Positions 15,514 to 20,000 of a stretch of DNA of 20,000 bases are shown piece after piece. The DNA is taken from the IMG/VR virus record IMGVR_UViG_3300025626_000018, positions 52,944 through 72,943 of that record; one strand, given 5' to 3'. The stretch is from an uncultured virus (IMG/VR IMGVR_UViG_3300025626_000018). Taxonomy: Duplodnaviria > Heunggongvirae > Uroviricota > Caudoviricetes. The translations under genes and the position numbers were made by a program. How positions within the stretch are numbered: position 1 is the first letter of the stretch; each line of letters starts with the position of its first letter. Under the pieces are notes generated by a model, which saw only the letters and a list, made by a program, of their open reading frames with translations, did not search any database and was not told the DNA's origin.

Positions 15514-16708
15514 TTCTTTTAAACAATACATTATTGAAGAAGACCAAATAGTATATTTTACTTTTGGTAGATTAAATCCACCTACTGTTGGTCATGGTAA
15601 ATTATTAAATAAACTAGCCAAAACCGCTGGCCGTTTGCCGTATAAAATCTTTTTATCTCAATCTCAGGATAAAAAAGATAATCCTTTGAAATACGCGGAT
15701 AAGGTAAAGCATGTGCGAAAAATGTTTCCAAAACATGCCCGCAATATTTTAATTAATAAAAAAATTATTAATCCTTTTTTTGCATTAGCTTATCTTTATG
15801 AGCAGGGTTTCCGTAAAGTTATTATGGTAGCCGGTAGTGATAGAGTGGATGAATATAAAATTAGATTAAATAAATATAATGGAGTTGATTCTACTCACGG
15901 ATTTTATAATTTTAATGGTGGGGTTCAGGTAATATCGGCCGGTATGCGAGATGCTGATAGCGATGGCCCAGACGGTGCGTCTGGAACTAAGCAGCGTAAA
16001 TTTGCCACAGAGAATAATTTCACAAAATTTTATGAAGGTCTTCCTACTTCAATGAGTAATTCTGATGCAAAAAAACTTTTTAATGATGTGCGTAAAGGCA
16101 TGGGATTAAAAGAAGAAACCGAATTTAAACGTCACATTCAATTAGAATCTATTTCTGATATTAGAGAGCAATATGTAAAGGGTGATTTGTATTCTATAGG
16201 CGAAGAAATTATTATTACTGAAACAAGCGAGGTTGGTATTATTGCAACCCTTGGCCCAAATTATGTAATTGTTGAAACTTCATCCGGAAAATCTAGACAA
16301 TGGCTTGATAGAATTGAAAAAATTGAAGAAAAAACAACTACTACCCAAGATCCCGATATTGCGGACCGTGATGGGGCGCAGCCTAAAAAGTATTTTGCTG
16401 GAATAAAGAACAAGTCTACAAAAATTGCTAGAGACCAACATTTTAAAAAGAATGCTAAAAAGGCTGATAATAATCCCGATGCTTATAAAAAAGCACCAGG
16501 CGATGCCACTGCAAAAACTAAGCCAAGTAAGCACACTAAACGATTTGCACAAATGTTTGGCGATACCGACGAAGAAATTGATTATATTGATAAAGTAAAT
16601 GATAGAATTAATAGAGAAAAAAGAGCAGATAAAATCAAATTTGATGCAATGCGAGATCGCGCGCGAACTTTACAAACACGTTCAACAAATAGATCGACAA
16701 AGCCATGA
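15506..16708 (+). CDS. Cytidylyltransferase-like (HIGH-superfamily) nucleotidyltransferase with extra C-terminal modules
   Basis: FTFGRLNPPTVGH, NPL, VAGSDRV, SAGMRD and SGTKQR motifs; N-terminus MVNSFKQYIIEE; C-terminal PKKYFAG...TKPSKHTKRF module. Confidence 0.85.
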   Translation: MVNSFKQYIIEEDQIVYFTFGRLNPPTVGHGKLLNKLAKTAGRLPYKIFLSQSQDKKDNPLKYADKVKHVRKMFPKHARNILINKKIINPFFALAYLYEQGFRKVIMVAGSDRVDEYKIRLNKYNGVDSTHGFYNFNGGVQVISAGMRDADSDGPDGASGTKQRKFATENNFTKFYEGLPTSMSNSDAKKLFNDVRKGMGLKEETEFKRHIQLESISDIREQYVKGDLYSIGEEIIITETSEVGIIATLGPNYVIVETSSGKSRQWLDRIEKIEEKTTTTQDPDIADRDGAQPKKYFAGIKNKSTKIARDQHFKKNAKKADNNPDAYKKAPGDATAKTKPSKHTKRFAQMFGDTDEEIDYIDKVNDRINREKRADKIKFDAMRDRARTLQTRSTNRSTKP

Positions 16709-16953
16709 AAACTTTTAAACAATTTAATGAAAATACTAAAGCACTTAAAAATAAAGCGGAAAAATCTGGAATGCCATTAAGTGTTTTACGTAGTGTATAT
16801 AACCGCGGTGTAGCGGCTTGGAAAACCGGTCATAGACCTGGAACCACTCCTGAACAATGGGGATTTGCTAGGGTTAATTCGTTTACTACAAAATCTCCGG
16901 GCACATGGGGCAAAGCCGATAAAGATTTAGCGGATAAAGTAAGAGGCAAGTAA
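16705..16953 (+). CDS. DUF5824-like small protein with capsid-targeting-like N-terminus
   Basis: VYNRGVAAWKTGHRPGTTPEQWGFARVNSF; N-terminus MKTFKQFNE. Confidence 0.75.
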   Translation: MKTFKQFNENTKALKNKAEKSGMPLSVLRSVYNRGVAAWKTGHRPGTTPEQWGFARVNSFTTKSPGTWGKADKDLADKVRGK

Positions 16954-16954
16954 A

Positions 16955-17575
16955 ATGGCAGTTAAATCAGCAGATAGAAAACCAGAAAAATATATTGGTC
17001 CAGACGGTAAGGTAAGAATTCGTATGGTTCCGGTTGATAAAGAAGTTGTTAAGAGTGAAAAAGCGTTTAAAGAAATGCGTAGTAAATATTCTAAGCGCGA
17101 ACCCATGAAAAAAGTAAAACCTATGGGTGAAGCCAAAGATCCTGAAGAGTATGATAAAGAAGGTGATATGGCTAAGACACAACTCAAGACAATGATTGAC
17201 GCTGCCCAAGAACTACACGATCAATTGTCTGATGATGAGAACATGCCTGAATGGGTACAGAATAAGATTACTAAAGCTACAGATTATATCGATTCAGTGC
17301 GTGATTATATGAAAAATAATGATGACGTCAATGAAGAGACTATTGATGAAGTTCTAGATCGTCCAGGCGCATTGGATAGCTATAGAAAAAAAGCTAAAAT
17401 GAAAAGTGATAAGGCTCGTAATACTGCAACAGCTAAACTTCTTCGCGGCAATCCTGAAATTTCAAAAGAAAAAGAAACTATTCGTAAGCGTGAAAAGGGC
17501 CAAGACATGTCTGATAGAGTTGGTGTTAAACAATTCCGTAAATCAATCGGTAGAGGTTACAATGGAAAATCGTAA
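16955..17575 (+). CDS. Modular hypothetical protein, putative internal head protein
   Basis: EGDMAKTQL...MPEWVQNKITKATDYIDSV domain flanked by MGE|A and IDE|V type sites. Confidence 0.7.
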   Translation: MAVKSADRKPEKYIGPDGKVRIRMVPVDKEVVKSEKAFKEMRSKYSKREPMKKVKPMGEAKDPEEYDKEGDMAKTQLKTMIDAAQELHDQLSDDENMPEWVQNKITKATDYIDSVRDYMKNNDDVNEETIDEVLDRPGALDSYRKKAKMKSDKARNTATAKLLRGNPEISKEKETIRKREKGQDMSDRVGVKQFRKSIGRGYNGKS

Positions 17576-20000
17576 TTTGCAAGAGGCTTCTCTTAATAAA
17601 TCTAATATTGAAAAACACATAAAAAAGTCTTTAAAAGATAAGGCTAATTATAATAAAGATGGTTCAATTAATTGGGATCTTGTTAATGATGATGTTATGA
17701 TGGCAATGCCTTCGGCCGCCGAAAATGAAAAAACTTATACTAAACTATTCAATTCCGCGGCCGATAAAATGGATAAATCTATGTCACGTAAAGAAAATAC
17801 CGAAGAGTCTATGCAATTAACAAAAAATGCTATAACAAAATCTGGCAATTCAAATGTTATGAAATCTTTTAAGATAAGCAAGCTTAAAAATGATCTTGCA
17901 GCACTTCGTAAAAATTTAAAACAGCCAAATCCAGGATCACCAAAGCGTGGCTCAGCTTATGAAGCAAAAACCGAAATTAAAAAAGGTGATACTGTTCGTT
18001 TAAAAAAGAAATACGCTGACGGACCAGCCGAAGCTAAAATGGATTATATTGTAAAAGAATTAAGAGGACCGCGAGTTCTTATTGCCCCAAAAGTATGGAA
18101 AAGTGGTGGAATTGTTCCAACGGAATCTGTACAAATGTATATGATTGAAAAGCCTGCAATGGCAGAAGCTACCACAGAAATTACACAAATTAAAGGATTA
18201 ACTGAAATGACCGACAAACATTCTGCTATTTTCGATAAGTTAAAGAAAAATGATAATGTAAAAATTAAATTTGATTCAACGTTATCTAAAGGTGGAGATT
18301 TTGTCGAATATAAAGTTTTATCAAAAACAACCGTTTTAAAAGGTAAGCCTTCCGAACAAGAAAAAATTACTCTTCAAGCAAAATCTGGTGGTGTTAAATC
18401 TTTCTTACGTAGAAAAAAGGACGGTAAAATTACCTTTGCTATTGGCGATTTAGGTGCAAGTCTTATCGATATGAAAGAAGGTATTGAATATGTAGATGAA
18501 GCTAAATTACCAGCTAAAAAGATTATTAAAGATCTTGAAGCCAAAATGTCTATTGATGTCATTGTTGGTAAATATATTGACAAGCGTTCTAGTAATAGAG
18601 ATGCAATCTTAAAAATTATCCGCGATTATAATTGGAATAAATTTAAACAAAATATAAACAGCGAAACCGATAAGGGCGATGAGGCTATTTCTGAAGCTAA
18701 AACCGGTCAAATCCGTATTATAGATTTGTCGAATGCCCACCCTGATAACAGAGCCGGCGCTAAAGCAAAATCCGGGTTTCAGGTTCAAAAGTTTTCTGGT
18801 GGCAAATTTGTTAATCAAGGTGCCCCATATTCATCTAAAGCCGCAGCCGAAAAGGTTCGTGGCAGTGGCCAACATACTATGCAATTTGAATCGCTTGACG
18901 AAGCCGTTTTACGGGATCGCGATTATGAAGTAAAAAATAATAAAGTTTATATTTCAAAAGCTAACTTTAAAAAAATTCACAAAGATTTTAAAATTGCTCG
19001 TAAAGGTGATGAAATGATGATGGTTAATGGTGGGTCTAAAGGATCCATCCTTGTTCCAGTTGAATTTACCGAATCTGTTGAGGAGGCTCGGCAGTTAAAA
19101 AATCCTAAAACCGAAGTCATGGTTGTAGATAAAGCCGGCAAAACTATTGTTATTGATAAGACTAAACAAAAAGAATATCTTGCAAAGGGTTGGAAGCTTG
19201 CTGAATCTGTTAATGAAACAACCACGCCGATGAGAAACAGATTTGGTCCAGCAGTAGATTCTAAAAAGTTTGATGCATATAAAAAGCATATGAAAGCCAA
19301 TAAATTAGACGAACCAACAGTTCGCATGGCTCATCAAAATCCAGATGATGCTGAGTCAAAGCGAATGATGAAAAACCCAGCATATTCTAAAGGTTTAGAA
19401 TTGTACAAAGCCTCAATAAGAGAATCGAATCTTGATGAAGCTACAATGTCACGTGTTGCAAAAGAACTTGAAGATTATGCCCGTAAACATGGCGGCATTG
19501 ATAAGATGGACTTTATAAAAGCTGCTATGATGATGAAGAAAGGTCAAACAGCACAACTGAAGAAGTTTGTCGATGACTTAGACACAGAGCCACGTGAAAA
19601 AATTCTTTCTTTATTAGATAAAGACGCAGACCGCCGCAAAGAATACAAAGCATTTCAGAAAAATATACGTAATGAAGAAATTGAACTTGATGAAGGCGTA
19701 AAAGAAAGAGCAGTAAAGGCCCTAATGACAAAGGCTCTTGGTGGTAAAAGAGCAAAAGCCGGAACAACTTCTCGTATTGCTGATAACGGCGATTTTATTG
19801 TTACAGATGGGGGTGGACGTATTATTGGCCGCTTAAAGGCCGATAGCTTTACTAATCCGCTAGAAGAGGCTGCTGGTACCAGTGCTAAATACAAAGATAA
19901 TAAAGGTCTATTTGGCGGTAAATATACCTCCAGTGATCGGGCCGCAGCAATGTCTGGCAAAAAATTTATTGATTGGCGTAATAAAAAGCAATCAAAAAAT
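17562..20000 (+). CDS. Large modular Lys-rich protein (at least 813 aa, runs off the window); putative protease-processed internal head polyprotein
   Basis: Manual translation from ATG 17562 (AGAGG RBS), MENRNLQEASLNK..., is open to 20000 with no stop; about 12 recurring [LIVM]-x-E|[A/G/T/M]-like linker sites. Confidence 0.85.
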   Translation, partial: MENRNLQEASLNKSNIEKHIKKSLKDKANYNKDGSINWDLVNDDVMMAMPSAAENEKTYTKLFNSAADKMDKSMSRKENTEESMQLTKNAITKSGNSNVMKSFKISKLKNDLAALRKNLKQPNPGSPKRGSAYEAKTEIKKGDTVRLKKKYADGPAEAKMDYIVKELRGPRVLIAPKVWKSGGIVPTESVQMYMIEKPAMAEATTEITQIKGLTEMTDKHSAIFDKLKKNDNVKIKFDSTLSKGGDFVEYKVLSKTTVLKGKPSEQEKITLQAKSGGVKSFLRRKKDGKITFAIGDLGASLIDMKEGIEYVDEAKLPAKKIIKDLEAKMSIDVIVGKYIDKRSSNRDAILKIIRDYNWNKFKQNINSETDKGDEAISEAKTGQIRIIDLSNAHPDNRAGAKAKSGFQVQKFSGGKFVNQGAPYSSKAAAEKVRGSGQHTMQFESLDEAVLRDRDYEVKNNKVYISKANFKKIHKDFKIARKGDEMMMVNGGSKGSILVPVEFTESVEEARQLKNPKTEVMVVDKAGKTIVIDKTKQKEYLAKGWKLAESVNETTTPMRNRFGPAVDSKKFDAYKKHMKANKLDEPTVRMAHQNPDDAESKRMMKNPAYSKGLELYKASIRESNLDEATMSRVAKELEDYARKHGGIDKMDFIKAAMMMKKGQTAQLKKFVDDLDTEPREKILSLLDKDADRRKEYKAFQKNIRNEEIELDEGVKERAVKALMTKALGGKRAKAGTTSRIADNGDFIVTDGGGRIIGRLKADSFTNPLEEAAGTSAKYKDNKGLFGGKYTSSDRAAAMSGKKFIDWRNKKQSKN

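Noticed and set aside
18374..19960. Short ORFs listed by the track in the last 2.4 kb
   Set aside because: All overlap the continuous plus-strand frame from 17562 to beyond 20000, which has an RBS and phage-like composition.
17575..20000. Stop-codon reassignment as an explanation for the apparent coding gap
   Set aside because: The frame is open under the standard code; the track omitted it only because its stop lies outside the window.

Overview
AT-rich segment of a T4-like (Tevenvirales-type) myophage genome, probably infecting a marine alphaproteobacterium. Evidence: TATAAATA late promoters, repeated sigma70-type early promoters, T4-like capsid-targeting N-termini, an alpha-type tmRNA and a Rhodobacter-style porin. 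Left to right: (1) the 3' end of a tmRNA (tag ANNNFAPSGYALAA*) and a porin gene; (2) a late operon of secreted and membrane proteins, including a pilin-like/chaperone-like pair; (3) two minus-strand late genes, a PD-(D/E)xK nuclease-like protein and a lipoprotein cell-wall peptidase; (4) an early region of small ORFs behind repeated promoter cassettes, containing a PhyH-like dioxygenase, a DUF932 gene and two tandem long-stem ncRNA candidates; (5) a late cluster of putative capsid-internal proteins. The cluster ends in an ORF of at least 813 aa (17562 to beyond 20000) that the ORF track missed. This ORF reads as a string of small basic modules joined by T4 gp21-type protease sites. Two modules resemble stand-alone acidic early genes in this window, suggesting effector domains deployed both early and as virion cargo. 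All family calls come from motif recognition by eye, not database searches.
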